Assembly: GCA_964291315.2 (NCBI GenBank)
Contig: OZ219750.1
Coordinates: 480,001 to 544,000 of the forward strand
Length of the DNA: 64,000 nt
From: Candidatus Poribacteria bacterium
GTDB lineage: Bacteria; Poribacteria; WGA-4E; WGA-3G
Direction of reading: 5' to 3'
Part shown: in pieces, positions 40,278 through 50,251 of the stretch
Position numbering within the stretch: position 1 is the stretch's first letter
How the letters are laid out: every line of letters begins with the position of its first letter
The notes under the pieces: generated by a model
The model's input: only the letters and a program-made list of their open reading frames with translations
What the model was told of the DNA's origin: nothing
Database searches by the model: none
Translations under genes and position numbers: made by a program

Positions 40278-40925
40278 TTACTGACGGCTACCTTTCAACG
40301 CCGCCCATGTAGTTGTGAGTTTCGCTATTGGGTCTACCGTAGTACTTGCAGCAGGCACAACTTCTAGGGCACTAAACATCGCGTTTAGATCGCCAGCACC
40401 CGTCTCTGCGTTCCCTGCAAAATCAAAATCGAGTGTACCATCGCTCACTTGGATACTCGGGTACATCTTGATGTCAATTTCATCTTTACCGGGTGTCACG
40501 TAGAGCGGTTCGACGTTTTCCTTTTCAATGAAAATATCAAAGCCGCGGTTGTTTGGCGACCAATGTTCACCGACAAGATAGGTAACATCGAAAACACCAT
40601 CACCTGTCTTGATCTGATATTTAACTGTGTCCGGGAACTGTGCCCAGCTAACTGCGTAAAAAAGCTCTACATCATAGCCAGCAGCTTCGGCTTGTGCTTT
40701 TGCATCCGCTGTTAAAGTTTCGACTTGAGCTGTCCGAGGTGCCTTTTCAATCCAACCGCCCCAGGCTTGGTTTTCTTGTTGTGCTCCGTGCCAGATGCGT
40801 CCTTGTGAATCGGTAAAGTCGTCTGCTGTGCCACCTTTTACCCGGAATTCTTCTGCTGGAAGCAGTGTCGGCACTGTGAGGCCTATAAGAAAAACCACTG
40901 CCATTAAAACATACAATTTTATCAC
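40278..40925 (-). CDS. Secreted malectin-like domain protein with C-terminal TVDPIAKLTTTWAALK motif
   Basis: Signal peptide, GG..FTDSQGRIW, V.Y..GEHW...R.FDIFI, V.DG.L.F.F, SALEV; GTG start after GGAGG. Confidence 0.78.
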   Translation of the reverse strand: MIKLYVLMAVVFLIGLTVPTLLPAEEFRVKGGTADDFTDSQGRIWHGAQQENQAWGGWIEKAPRTAQVETLTADAKAQAEAAGYDVELFYAVSWAQFPDTVKYQIKTGDGVFDVTYLVGEHWSPNNRGFDIFIEKENVEPLYVTPGKDEIDIKMYPSIQVSDGTLDFDFAGNAETGAGDLNAMFSALEVVPAASTTVDPIAKLTTTWAALKGSRQ

Positions 40926-40937
40926 AATTACCTCCAT

Positions 40938-41590
40938 TTATTCGTTTTGATGTTGCCTTTTCAGTGCGCTCCATGTCGTTGCGAGCTTTTGTTTTAGGTC
41001 AACGGTTAATGCGGGGATTACTTCTATCCGGCTAAACATTGCATTGAGATCGCCTGCACCGGTCTTCGGGTTGCCAGCAAACTCAAAGGACATTACCTTG
41101 TCTTTAACCTCAATACCTTCATAGTACTTAATGTCGATTTCGTTTTGGCCGGGGGTGAGATACTCTGTCTCAACGATTTTGCCTTCAATGAGGATGTCGA
41201 AGCTTCGGTTGTTTGGCGACCAATGTTCACCGACAAGATAAGTAACAATTAAATGTACCTTTGCCGGTTTTCAATCCATTTTAACGACGCCTGGAAATTG
41301 TGCCCAGCTAACTGGATAAAAAAGTTCTTTGTCGCATCCTTCGGATTTTGCGAGTTTTTCTGCTTCTTTCGTGAGGTTTTGGACTTCCGCGGTGCGCGCA
41401 AGTTTCTCAATCCAGCCGCCCCACTCTTTTTTTCATTTTGTCCGCCGTGCCAGATACGTCCCTTGGAATCTTTAAAATCTTCCAGCTTACCGCCCCATAC
41501 CCGAATTTCTGCGGCAGGTTGCACATTGCAGACGATCGTTATCGCAACAAATGCGGCAAGCAAAACGGCGAAAAGTAAGTTTCTTTCCGT
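40938..41590 (-). pseudogene. Decayed tandem paralog of the malectin-like gene
   Basis: AAGGAGG then ACG in the start position; frameshifts near 41430, 41275 and 41248; fragments FKDSKGRIWHGGQ, WGGWIEK, VSWAQFP, YLVGEHWSPNNRSFDI, GAGDLNAMFS, TVDLKQKLATTWSALK align with the neighbour. Confidence 0.85.
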
Positions 41591-41783
41591 GTTTTCCTCC
41601 TTAAATCGTGCTTGTGAAAAACATGTATATAAAAAATAGCACATTTGCTTTAAAATTTTCAATTCTTTTTTTAGTATTCTGCTTCTTCGACTAGAACAAG
41701 CCGTTGATTTACCGGCACGTTTGTCAATGTTTGCACAACCCCTAACTAACCACTGACTGTAGATCACTATTTACTGATTTTAG

Positions 41784-41812
41784 TTGCAATTTCACGGGAA
41801 ATGTGGTATTAT
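41784..41812 (+). promoter_or_regulatory. sigma70 promoter of the HNH-rnpA-yidD-yidC-jag-mnmE cluster
   Basis: TTGCAA-17-TATTAT with extended TG. Confidence 0.55.
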
Positions 41813-41859
41813 ACATAAAGGGTTGATGTGGTTAGAACCAACCATTCAAGTTAGGGGAG

Positions 41860-42378
41860 ATGCAAGTGGAAATATCTGTCTTAGTGCTTAATGCGAGTTA
41901 TGAAGCCATCAACGTTTGCAACCTCCGGCGTGCGATGAAAATGGTTTTCAAGGGCACCGCACAAACGGAAGAAGTTTCTGGCCTTAAGATTCATTCACCA
42001 AGTGCTGCGATGAGAGTACCGCATGTAATTCGTTTGGTGAACTATGTTCATGTTCCGCGTAGTGTCGTCAAATTCTCACGTAGGAATGTCCTTGTTCGAG
42101 ACCGCTACACGTGCCAATACTGTTGCCGGGAATTTCCAACAGCACAGCTCACGCTTGATCATGTGGTACCGATCTCACGAGGGGGTCAGACGACTTGGGA
42201 AAATGTCGTGACTGCGTGCAAGAAATGTAATAACAAAAAAGGAAGTAAGATGCTCTATGAAACACAGCTCAAGCTCGTACGCCAGCCGAAAACGCCTTCA
42301 ATATTAACCTATTTACAACTCAACCGTCATTTTCGAGGCTGCCATCCGTCGTGGAGGAAATATCTCTATATCAACTGA
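41860..42378 (+). CDS. HNH endonuclease (McrA-like, CxxC..H..N..CxxCN)
   Basis: LVLNASYE, SRRNVLVRDRYTCQYC, LTLDHVVP.SRGG...WENVVTACKKCNNKKG. Confidence 0.92.
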   Translation: MQVEISVLVLNASYEAINVCNLRRAMKMVFKGTAQTEEVSGLKIHSPSAAMRVPHVIRLVNYVHVPRSVVKFSRRNVLVRDRYTCQYCCREFPTAQLTLDHVVPISRGGQTTWENVVTACKKCNNKKGSKMLYETQLKLVRQPKTPSILTYLQLNRHFRGCHPSWRKYLYIN

Positions 42379-42381
42379 ATC

Positions 42382-42756
42382 ATGCAAGATCCGAAAAAAC
42401 TGAAGAAACGTTCGGGCTTCCAGCATGCCTATCGGACTGGTAGGAAGTATTGGAATCGTTACTTTGTAATATACGTACGGCAGACGAACTTTGAGCATTC
42501 TCGGTTGGGGATAACTGTGAGTAAAAAAGTCGGAAAGAGTGTCCAAAGGAATCGTGTTAAAAGATTAATTCGTGAGTCATTTCGGCACTTACGTCCTCAC
42601 ATACAGTTAGCTTATGACATCGTAGTTGTTGGTAGAGGTCCTGCGTCTCATCTTAAATGTCAGGATGCCCGACGCGCGCTCTATAGTTTGTTCCAGAGAG
42701 CTGCTATCTTCAATAACGATAGTAGAGTTAACCACAACGGAGTCGCACACAAATAG
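42382..42756 (+). CDS. rnpA: Ribonuclease P protein component
   Basis: [27 protein letters not shown]. Confidence 0.95.
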   Translation: MQDPKKLKKRSGFQHAYRTGRKYWNRYFVIYVRQTNFEHSRLGITVSKKVGKSVQRNRVKRLIRESFRHLRPHIQLAYDIVVVGRGPASHLKCQDARRALYSLFQRAAIFNNDSRVNHNGVAHK

Positions 42757-42767
42757 AGGAGTACCCG

Positions 42768-43067
42768 ATGAGGAATATAGGCGTGCCACACTGCTGCAAG
42801 CAATATCAAAAAGTTGGACAGCGAATCGGGAACGAGCCGACAGATTGTAAAACATATAGGGCAACGGTACTTGTACAGCTAATCCGCTTTTACCGCCGTT
42901 TTATTTCACCGCTGCTTCCGCGTTCGTGCCGCTTCTATCCCACATGCTCACAATATGCTGTTCAAGCGTTAGGGCGCTACGGGACTCTCAAAGGGATATG
43001 GCTAACTCTTAAACGACTTTCAAAATGTCACCCGTATCATCCTGGTGGCTTTGACCCGCTGAAATAG
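42768..43067 (+). CDS. yidD: Membrane protein insertion efficiency factor
   Basis: [10 protein letters not shown]...[11 protein letters not shown]...[12 protein letters not shown]. Confidence 0.95.
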   Translation: MRNIGVPHCCKQYQKVGQRIGNEPTDCKTYRATVLVQLIRFYRRFISPLLPRSCRFYPTCSQYAVQALGRYGTLKGIWLTLKRLSKCHPYHPGGFDPLK

Positions 43068-43124
43068 CGGTTTAGAACGTCACGTTAGAAACGGTTCGTA
43101 ATTAATGAGGAGCACCTAATTTCA

Positions 43125-44960
43125 ATGGGAGTACGTTACATTCTTGCACTCATCCTAATGATCGTTGTGATGATTGCATGGAGTCTGTTTTTTGGGAATC
43201 GCTTTGCACCGCAGCCCGATGAAGCCGCAAAGACTGAAACACCTGGAGCATCTGAAACGCGCCAAGTGGAACCCGATGGCACAACGCAGACGGCACCTGA
43301 CGGCGCAGAGGCATCCGTCGACAGCGCTTTCCCGGATATTACCCAAGAAAGTCCTGACGACGCAAAAATTAACGTCCAAACGGATAACTATAATATCGTT
43401 TTTAATGAGAAACTTGCAATCGCCAAACTGTGGGAACTAAAGCGGTTTCCAGACAGAACTTTTGATAGAGATATACCGCTAAATTTGATTCCTGAGGATG
43501 CTCTCAACTGCCTTGCCCTACGGTTCGGGAATTCACAGCTCCAGCTAGATTCGCTCCGCGCATCCTGGAAGGCGGACAAATCTGAAATTAGTCTTGCAAA
43601 TGGGAAAGATACAGAGACGCTCACATTCTCGACAATAATAGGAGAAAAGCTGCAAGTTACAAAGCAATTTACTTTCATTTCGGGTGCCTATTTTCTTGAC
43701 ATGATGCTAACTTTCCAAAATATCTCCGATGAGCCGTTGCTTATGGCTGGGAATGAGCCTGCTAATGGATATCAGCTTCAATGGGGGCGCGGTATCAACG
43801 CAGATCTCCTGCCTCACGAAAAGAAAAGTGGAAAACGTGGAAGACGCGGCAAAGAGGGGGCTAAGGTTTACACTGGTGAGGGGAACCCTGTACGTGAACT
43901 GAAAGAAGAACAGGCTTTAGCAACTGCCCTTTGGGCGGGGCTTGATAGTCAATATTTTAGTGCTCTCATGATCCCAGACCCGCAACTTGCAGCAACATAT
44001 AAACTCATAGAAGCACCGAAGGTAAATGCTGGATCTGATGTGACTGTTGTTGCACCGACAGAAACGGTTGCACTCGTGGTCCCTGCTTTTTATCTCTCAA
44101 GTCAGGAGAAAGAAAGTCATACCTTTCGCGTCTATGTCGGGCCGAAAGATGACAAAATTTTGAAGTCCATTGAGGCCCCGAATGCACCAGAAATATCACT
44201 CTATCTCTCTAAGGTCATCGACTTCGGATTCTTCGCCCCGCTCGTATGGGGGATGCTCTGGCTCTTTAAAGGGTTTCAGCGGATATTTGGAAACTATGGG
44301 TTCTCTATTATTTTGCTAACCGCTTTAGTGAAGATAATCACGTATCCGTTTACTCGTAAGGCGCATGCATCCATGAAGAAGATGCAGAAGCTGCAGCCTG
44401 AACTCTTAGAGTTGAAGGAGAAATATAGAGACGATCCGCAGAAACTCAATCGCGCCACGATGCGCCTCTATAAAGAAAATGGGGTCAACCCGCTTGGTGG
44501 TTGTATTCCGTGGCTTCCACAAATCCCGCTGTTCTTTGCACTTTTCGCACTCCTTGGAAGTGCAGTGGAGCTCCGTGGTGCCACTTTTTTCCTCTGGATA
44601 AATGATCTTTCTGCTCCGGATACGCTCGTCGAATTGCCCTTTACTATTCCGCTAATTGTCACCCAGATAGATGCCATTCGGTTACTGCCCATAATCAACG
44701 GGTTAACAACTTGGCTCCAACAGAAATTTGTCGGCAATATGACGCCCACCACCGATAGCACGCAAATGAAATTGATGCAGTTTATGCCAATCATCTTTAT
44801 TTTTATTTTCTACAATTGGGCATCAGGGTTTGTGTTGTATTGGTTGTGCAATAATGTGTTCACTATAGCACAACAATATATACAGAACCGGACCGCGACT
44901 GATGAAGATCAACTTGCACCTACAACGGCCCGGGGACGGAATACTTCCAAACGGAAATAG
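43125..44960 (+). CDS. yidC: Membrane protein insertase YidC
   Basis: YVGPK, GNYGFSIILLT, NPLGGC.P...Q.P, ELRGA.F.WI.DLS.PD, LYW...N. Confidence 0.97.
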   Translation: MGVRYILALILMIVVMIAWSLFFGNRFAPQPDEAAKTETPGASETRQVEPDGTTQTAPDGAEASVDSAFPDITQESPDDAKINVQTDNYNIVFNEKLAIAKLWELKRFPDRTFDRDIPLNLIPEDALNCLALRFGNSQLQLDSLRASWKADKSEISLANGKDTETLTFSTIIGEKLQVTKQFTFISGAYFLDMMLTFQNISDEPLLMAGNEPANGYQLQWGRGINADLLPHEKKSGKRGRRGKEGAKVYTGEGNPVRELKEEQALATALWAGLDSQYFSALMIPDPQLAATYKLIEAPKVNAGSDVTVVAPTETVALVVPAFYLSSQEKESHTFRVYVGPKDDKILKSIEAPNAPEISLYLSKVIDFGFFAPLVWGMLWLFKGFQRIFGNYGFSIILLTALVKIITYPFTRKAHASMKKMQKLQPELLELKEKYRDDPQKLNRATMRLYKENGVNPLGGCIPWLPQIPLFFALFALLGSAVELRGATFFLWINDLSAPDTLVELPFTIPLIVTQIDAIRLLPIINGLTTWLQQKFVGNMTPTTDSTQMKLMQFMPIIFIFIFYNWASGFVLYWLCNNVFTIAQQYIQNRTATDEDQLAPTTARGRNTSKRK

Positions 44961-45032
44961 ACTTCATTTATCGTTATCTGCCACATCAACAACTTCACTC
45001 CCGGAAACGTTTATACGTGGAGGATTCAACCT

Positions 45033-45647
45033 ATGCAACATTATATTGAAACAGAGGGTGATACAGTAGAGGAAGCAATTAAGCACGCGCTCGACGAGCT
45101 TGGGGCAACTCGAGAAGAGGTTACGATTGACATCATCCGTGAACCCACCAAAGGTATTCTAAATTTTGGTGCGAAACCGGCGAAAGTTCGGTTGAACCTT
45201 AAGCAAGATGTTTCTTCTGCACCTGAGACAATTCTCAAGGAGATGCTCAAGCGGATGGGGATAGATGCCCAAGTCGAGGCACGGTTCGTTGAAGGCAGCA
45301 CGCGTTTGAACATCCTCACAGACAGTCCTGCTCTACTTATCGGGAAACATGGACAGACCCTTGATGCAATTGAACGGATCCTCAATTGTATCGTCAATAA
45401 AGCGTCCGTTGTGAAGAAACGAGTTTTTGTTGATACCGAGGGCTATCGAAGACGTAGAGAAGAACGGCTTGTCGAACTGGCGCGCCAAATGGCAGAGCAG
45501 GTCAAATATAGCAAACGTGAAATCGTCTTGGCACCGATGTCATCGCGCGACCGGCGCATCGTCCATGTTGCCTTAAAAGAGGATGATATTGTATCGACCT
45601 ACAGCAAAGGTGAGGGGGATATGCGCCGAGTCGTCATCACGACCTAG
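45033..45647 (+). CDS. jag: Jag/EloR/KhpB RNA-binding protein (Jag-N, KH, R3H)
   Basis: G.TVEEAI..AL..L, LLIGKHGQTLDAI, PM..RDRRIVH, S.GEG..RRVVI. Confidence 0.93.
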   Translation: MQHYIETEGDTVEEAIKHALDELGATREEVTIDIIREPTKGILNFGAKPAKVRLNLKQDVSSAPETILKEMLKRMGIDAQVEARFVEGSTRLNILTDSPALLIGKHGQTLDAIERILNCIVNKASVVKKRVFVDTEGYRRRREERLVELARQMAEQVKYSKREIVLAPMSSRDRRIVHVALKEDDIVSTYSKGEGDMRRVVITT

Positions 45648-45714
45648 GAGGCGTGGCCCCGTAGTTACGCTTCCCTCTTGTCTTCCTATTGCTTACTTCG
45701 TCGGGTTTGGTTAG

Positions 45715-47103
45715 ATGAAATTCCAGGATACGATCGCGGCCATCGCGACAGCACGCGGCGAAGCCGGGATCGGCATTGTCCGAGTCAGTGGATCGCTTGC
45801 TTTCCGGATTGCTGCTGATTTATTTCGATCTCCACGTGATCTATCTCTCGCACAGCTGCCGACACATACGCTTACTTACGGATATGTCGTGGATACTGAT
45901 GCCTCCGAGGCGGTTGTTGATGAAGTCTTACTTGGGGTCATGCATGCACCAAGAACGTACACTGGGGAGGATATTGTGGAATTTAATTGCCACGGTGGGA
46001 TCCTGCCCCTCACAGCTGTCTTGGACTTGGTCGTCAGGCATGGGGCGCGATTGGCAGAACCCGGTGAGTTCACAAAGCGCGCGTTCCTGAACGGTAAGCT
46101 CGACTTAGCGCAAGCAGAAGCCGTCGCGGAACTCATCGCTTCGAAAACGGATTTGAGCCGGAAAATCGCAGTAGATGCACTTGCCGGAAAACTCTCTGAT
46201 ACCGTAAATCGACTTAATGATCAGATCGCGGGGTTACTTGCGGAAATTGAAACGTCTGTCGATTTTCCGGAGGAAGACCTCGATTTCATGAAGGTGGAGA
46301 CGCAACTCGAATCTGCCCGCGCAGTTCAGACAGGCTTAATCACCCTTCTAGAAACTGCTACTGAAGGTAGACTCATTTCCGAAGGGGTTAATGTCGCTAT
46401 ATTAGGGAAGCCGAATGTCGGAAAATCCAGTCTACTTAATGCGCTCATCGGGAGTGCGCGCGCTATCGTCACGAATGTTCCCGGCACGACGCGCGACACG
46501 GTTGAGGAAACAATTAACATCAGTGGTGTTCCTGTGAAACTCTTTGACACTGCGGGTATCCGGCAGACGGATGATATTGTCGAGCAACAAGGCGTTGAAC
46601 GGAGCAGAACCGTTTTAGACAAAGCGGAGTTGCTTCTCCTGATGTTCGATGCGTCGCAACCTTTAAACGATACTGATGCAGACCTCTTACAGACAGCACA
46701 AGGGCGTAGAGCAGTTCTTATTTTAAATAAGATAGACTTACCAGTTCTGACACCAAAGGCGGCACTGCTGGTGCGCTGCCCGAAAAAACGGATCGTTGAG
46801 ACGGTGCTCCCTCAAGGCGAAGGCCTTGATATACTTAAAACCTCCATCCGTGACGAGCTGCTTGGGGGCGAATTCATTGTCGGCGAGTCTCCAATTGTGA
46901 CCAATGCTCGTCATCGAGAGGCCCTGCGCCGTGCACACGACGGCCTCAATTATGCAATAGAGAGCCTTGCAAAGCGGATGCCTCCTGAACTAGTGGCTGT
47001 AGATGTACGGATAAGCCTTGATGCCCTCGGCGAAATCGTCGGTAAAACGACAACAGAAGATATTTTGGATAGAATTTTCTCTCAGTTTTGTGTAGGGAAG
47101 TAA
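45715..47103 (+). CDS. mnmE: tRNA modification GTPase MnmE
   Basis: DTIAAIAT, GEFTKRAFLNGKLDL, GKPNVGKSS, PGTTRD, DTAG, FSQFCVGK. Confidence 0.98.
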   Translation: MKFQDTIAAIATARGEAGIGIVRVSGSLAFRIAADLFRSPRDLSLAQLPTHTLTYGYVVDTDASEAVVDEVLLGVMHAPRTYTGEDIVEFNCHGGILPLTAVLDLVVRHGARLAEPGEFTKRAFLNGKLDLAQAEAVAELIASKTDLSRKIAVDALAGKLSDTVNRLNDQIAGLLAEIETSVDFPEEDLDFMKVETQLESARAVQTGLITLLETATEGRLISEGVNVAILGKPNVGKSSLLNALIGSARAIVTNVPGTTRDTVEETINISGVPVKLFDTAGIRQTDDIVEQQGVERSRTVLDKAELLLLMFDASQPLNDTDADLLQTAQGRRAVLILNKIDLPVLTPKAALLVRCPKKRIVETVLPQGEGLDILKTSIRDELLGGEFIVGESPIVTNARHREALRRAHDGLNYAIESLAKRMPPELVAVDVRISLDALGEIVGKTTTEDILDRIFSQFCVGK

Positions 47104-47214
47104 TATTTGTCGAGAAAAATAAAAAAATGAACTTTTAACGTGATACGGTGTGTCTATTCTCAATGACGAGGAGAGAACATCAGTTCTGGTCGCAATATCA
47201 CAAAGGAGTGATTT

Positions 47215-47412
47215 ATGTTAGGCGCAAAACAACAATGGTGTCCTCGCTGCCAAAGGCATATACAGACGGAGCAGAAGCGATCTAATATTGGTAGACAGAA
47301 GGAACTCGTCAGAATTACTGTTACTTGTGGCAAGTGTCGGATAACCTTGTCTAGCAGAACAACGAGCGCAGCTGTGCTTGAACAAAGTGAAGACGCTCCA
47401 ACGGAACAGTAG
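47215..47412 (+). CDS. Small zinc-ribbon-like hypothetical protein
   Basis: AAGGAG RBS; CPRC...CGKC. Confidence 0.6.
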   Translation: MLGAKQQWCPRCQRHIQTEQKRSNIGRQKELVRITVTCGKCRITLSSRTTSAAVLEQSEDAPTEQ

Positions 47413-47461
47413 TGGTGAAATTTTGAATTAACGTTTTGTTTAATACAAAAGGAGGGAAGTT

Positions 47462-48379
47462 ATGTTTAAGCCCGTTTTTCACTCCACTGCCGCATATCTA
47501 ACAGGATTCATTGTCTTGTTGATGATTGGCACAATCCCCGTGCTCGGCGCGCGTGATGAAATTCAGTGGAAAGAGACAGTAGAAGACACCATGAAGGAAG
47601 CCGAGAAAACCGGTAAGCCTATCATGATGGACTTCTATACCGATTGGTGAGGATGGTGTAAGCGGCTGGATGCCGAAACGTTTACAGACGCAAATATCAT
47701 TACACTCACTGAGAAATTTATTTCTGTCAAAGTAAATCCAGAAGATACAGAGCGTCCGATCAATGAAGCCATGCGAAGTCGATACGGGGTCGCTGGTTAC
47801 CCTGCCATTTTGTTTGTCAGTCCAGACGGCGGACTCATCAAATCTCACACTGGTTATCTTACCCCTGATCAGCTTGCGCCGATTATGGAAAATGCCTTGA
47901 CAGTGGAGGCCGAGTTCCAAGAAAAATTGGAAAAATTGGCAGCTAAACCAGATGATGCTAAGCACAACGCTGAGGTTGCACTCATCTATTTGGAACGGAA
48001 GCAGGTAGAAAAAGCAGTCCCCCTCAGCGAAAAAGCGTTTAAATACGATCCGAATAACGGATCGAAACTGATCCCCAAATTGCACAACCAGCTTGGACTC
48101 GCTTATAGTGCGCTCCTTGAAACTGCTGATGCTGAGAAGTCAGAGGTATATTTTGAAAAGGCAATATCTCACTTCAAAACGCTCGTGGACAAGTATCCGA
48201 AGAGCGATCTCTATGAGCCTGCACAATATTACCTTGGTGTGACCTATGCCATCAAAGAGCATTTTGAAAACTCAATTGCTGTGCTTGAGAAACTCACACA
48301 TCACGCCAAGGATGAAAACATTAGGCAGAGTGCTGAGGCGATGCTGGAACGGGTTAAAAGTTTGGCCGATGCCGATTAA
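47462..48379 (+). CDS. Secreted thioredoxin-fold plus TPR protein, probable selenoprotein (UGA at 47648-47650 = Sec; 305 aa)
   Basis: ORFs 47462..47650 and 47771..48379 are in the same frame with only one TGA between them: KPIMMDFYTDW*GWCKRLDAETF...F.SVKVN...YGVAGYPAILF; TPR-like C-terminus. Confidence 0.85.
47657..47686 (+). promoter_or_regulatory. Putative bacterial SECIS hairpin
   Basis: tgtaag-cggc-tggat-gccg-(aaacg)-tttaca stem-loop starting 6 nt after the TGA, with G-containing apical loop. Confidence 0.55.
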
Positions 48380-48388
48380 CAATCATTA

Positions 48389-48415
48389 ATAGGCGCGGTC
48401 TGAAGCTGCGCCTAT
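48389..48415. terminator. Hairpin between convergent genes
   Basis: ataggcgcgg-tctgaag-ctgcgcctat. Confidence 0.55.
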
Positions 48416-49125
48416 AGCATTAGCAATGCTGATACCTCTGCTGAAGTCAAAAAACGGTGCTTCCCCTGTGTGAGATTTCCTAAATTCAGCGTCCCAATCT
48501 GGATACGTTTCAAACGGATTACCTGATACCCCACGGCTTTAAACATCAGGCGCACCTGTCGTTTTTTCCCTTCATGAATGGTTATCTCAAACTGTGTCAT
48601 CCGGTTGTCTTTGCTGATTTTCAACTGTCTGACTTTCGCTGGTGCCGTTGTTCCGCTCGGGATCTCGACACCCCGACACAACCTCTGCATAGCGTCTTCG
48701 CGCGGTCTACCTTTCACGCAAGCGATATAAGTTTTTTCTATTTCGTGGCTCGGGTGTAGCAGTCGGTAGGCGAAGTTTCCATCGTTTGTGAAGAGGAGAA
48801 GTCCTTCAGTTTCTAAATCCAATCGTCCGACAGGATAAATGGTACCCGGAATATCCGCAACGAGATCCATGACGGTCCTACGCCCGCGTTCATCGCTGCG
48901 GGTTGTTATATAGCCTGCCGGTTTGTTCAGCATTAGGTAGATGTGTTCTGTGAGTGGTTCGACTCGTTTCCCTTCAAACTCAACGGAATCGGTTTCTACA
49001 TCAATCGGATGCCCCGGCACCCAAATAGTTTCTCCATTAACAGTAACAACCCCGGCGCGGATACTTTTTTTTACCGCCCGCCGAGAGGCGATGCCTGAGG
49101 TAGCGATATATTTTTCAAGCCGCAT
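48412..49125 (-). CDS. rRNA pseudouridine synthase (RsuA/RluB family)
   Basis: Start MRLEKYIA..G.ASRR (S4 domain); NKPAG, PVGRLD..TEGLLL.TNDG, EGKKRQVR. Confidence 0.93.
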   Translation of the reverse strand: MRLEKYIATSGIASRRAVKKSIRAGVVTVNGETIWVPGHPIDVETDSVEFEGKRVEPLTEHIYLMLNKPAGYITTRSDERGRRTVMDLVADIPGTIYPVGRLDLETEGLLLFTNDGNFAYRLLHPSHEIEKTYIACVKGRPREDAMQRLCRGVEIPSGTTAPAKVRQLKISKDNRMTQFEITIHEGKKRQVRLMFKAVGYQVIRLKRIQIGTLNLGNLTQGKHRFLTSAEVSALLML

Positions 49126-49451
49126 TGCGTCTCTCACGGATCCTGTCACTGAGGGTTTGCTGATTCGGAGTTTTCGCTTTCTGTATGTCTGCATTCGATT
49201 GCATATATTCGATCTGGATGCGTATATCTGTTGAACATAACGTTTTTTCGTAATACATGCAGGGTTTTTCTGTGCCACCGATTGATGGAATATTAGAAGT
49301 ATTCTATGATTGCAAGCAACCGCGGCAAACGTAACGTGTTAAATGTGTAAGTAAGCACGGCAGGTGAGGCTTCGGTTCACCTCTTTATTGTTTTTTTTAA
49401 CGACTGCCCACAGTCCGATGCCTTGCTGTTGCCGATAATTTTCAAGGCAAT

Positions 49452-49613
49452 TTAGAAGTCAACGTGAATCCATTCACGGGTCTGGATATCGTTCCTGAAA
49501 TGCATGACCTCTGCCCCTTCAGCAAAACGGTTCATTGCTTCCGCGTCCGAGGCTTGGAACAACGTGGAGATCAAACGATCCATGTCAATAATCGTCTTGG
49601 TGGAGTGCATCAT
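49452..49613 (-). CDS. Possible 53-aa small protein coupled to the HAD gene
   Basis: ATGA overlap with HAD stop; MMHSTKTIIDMDRLIST...EWIHVDF*. Confidence 0.3.
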   Translation of the reverse strand: MMHSTKTIIDMDRLISTLFQASDAEAMNRFAEGAEVMHFRNDIQTREWIHVDF

Positions 49614-50251
49614 TCTTCTATCTGCCAGCCGTTATCTGTGGCGATGCGCAGTAACGCTCGGTCAGGGTTAACCGCGACCGGGTGGCCAAACAGCCTCAAC
49701 TTGTGTGCATCGGTGTGGTGGTTGCCATAGGCGTAAGAACGACTCAGGTCAAATCCGTGTTCAGTTGCGAGTTGTTGGGCGAGTTTCGCTTTGTTTTCAG
49801 CAAAAGGGTGGAGCCCGATGCGTTCTCCGGTAAACTTTCCATTGACCACTTCCAGTTGATGTGCCACCATCAGGTCGGTTTCAAAGTGGTCATGGAAAGA
49901 CTGAACGAGGAAGGATAACGACCCCGACATCAGAATAACCGGCCGGCCTTCGGTGCGGTGGCGATATATCAATTCGGAGATGTGAGGTGCGATGCTGCAA
50001 CGAAGCGTCTCAACGAAACAGCGTTGTGCAATTTCATGCAGGCGTGCCTGCTCCAGGCCGCGCAAATGAACCTTATTAGATTTCGCCCCCGGAAGCGATT
50101 TTACCTTCAGAAAATTGGAGGTCCACGCGAGTAGGTTCGCTATCGGAATTTCACCACGGATCAAGAGGTCTCGCAGAAAGACCTGTTCTGAGGAGAGGCG
50201 GATAATTGTGCCGTCTAAATCGAAGATAGCACACGTCTTAGATTGTTTCAT
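49610..50251 (-). CDS. HAD-IB family hydrolase (SerB-like)
   Basis: FDLDGT, LMSGS, K, SYAYGNHHTD, P.AVNPD..L. Confidence 0.9.
   Translation of the reverse strand: MKQSKTCAIFDLDGTIIRLSSEQVFLRDLLIRGEIPIANLLAWTSNFLKVKSLPGAKSNKVHLRGLEQARLHEIAQRCFVETLRCSIAPHISELIYRHRTEGRPVILMSGSLSFLVQSFHDHFETDLMVAHQLEVVNGKFTGERIGLHPFAENKAKLAQQLATEHGFDLSRSYAYGNHHTDAHKLRLFGHPVAVNPDRALLRIATDNGWQIEE

Noticed and set aside
41600-41860. oriC or rpmH upstream of the rnpA operon
   Set aside because: No DnaA-box cluster (TTATCCACA) and no MKRT-type L34 ORF seen.
49126-49278. N-terminal extension of the pseudouridine synthase
   Set aside because: The S4 domain begins at MRLEKY; the extension has no recognisable features.
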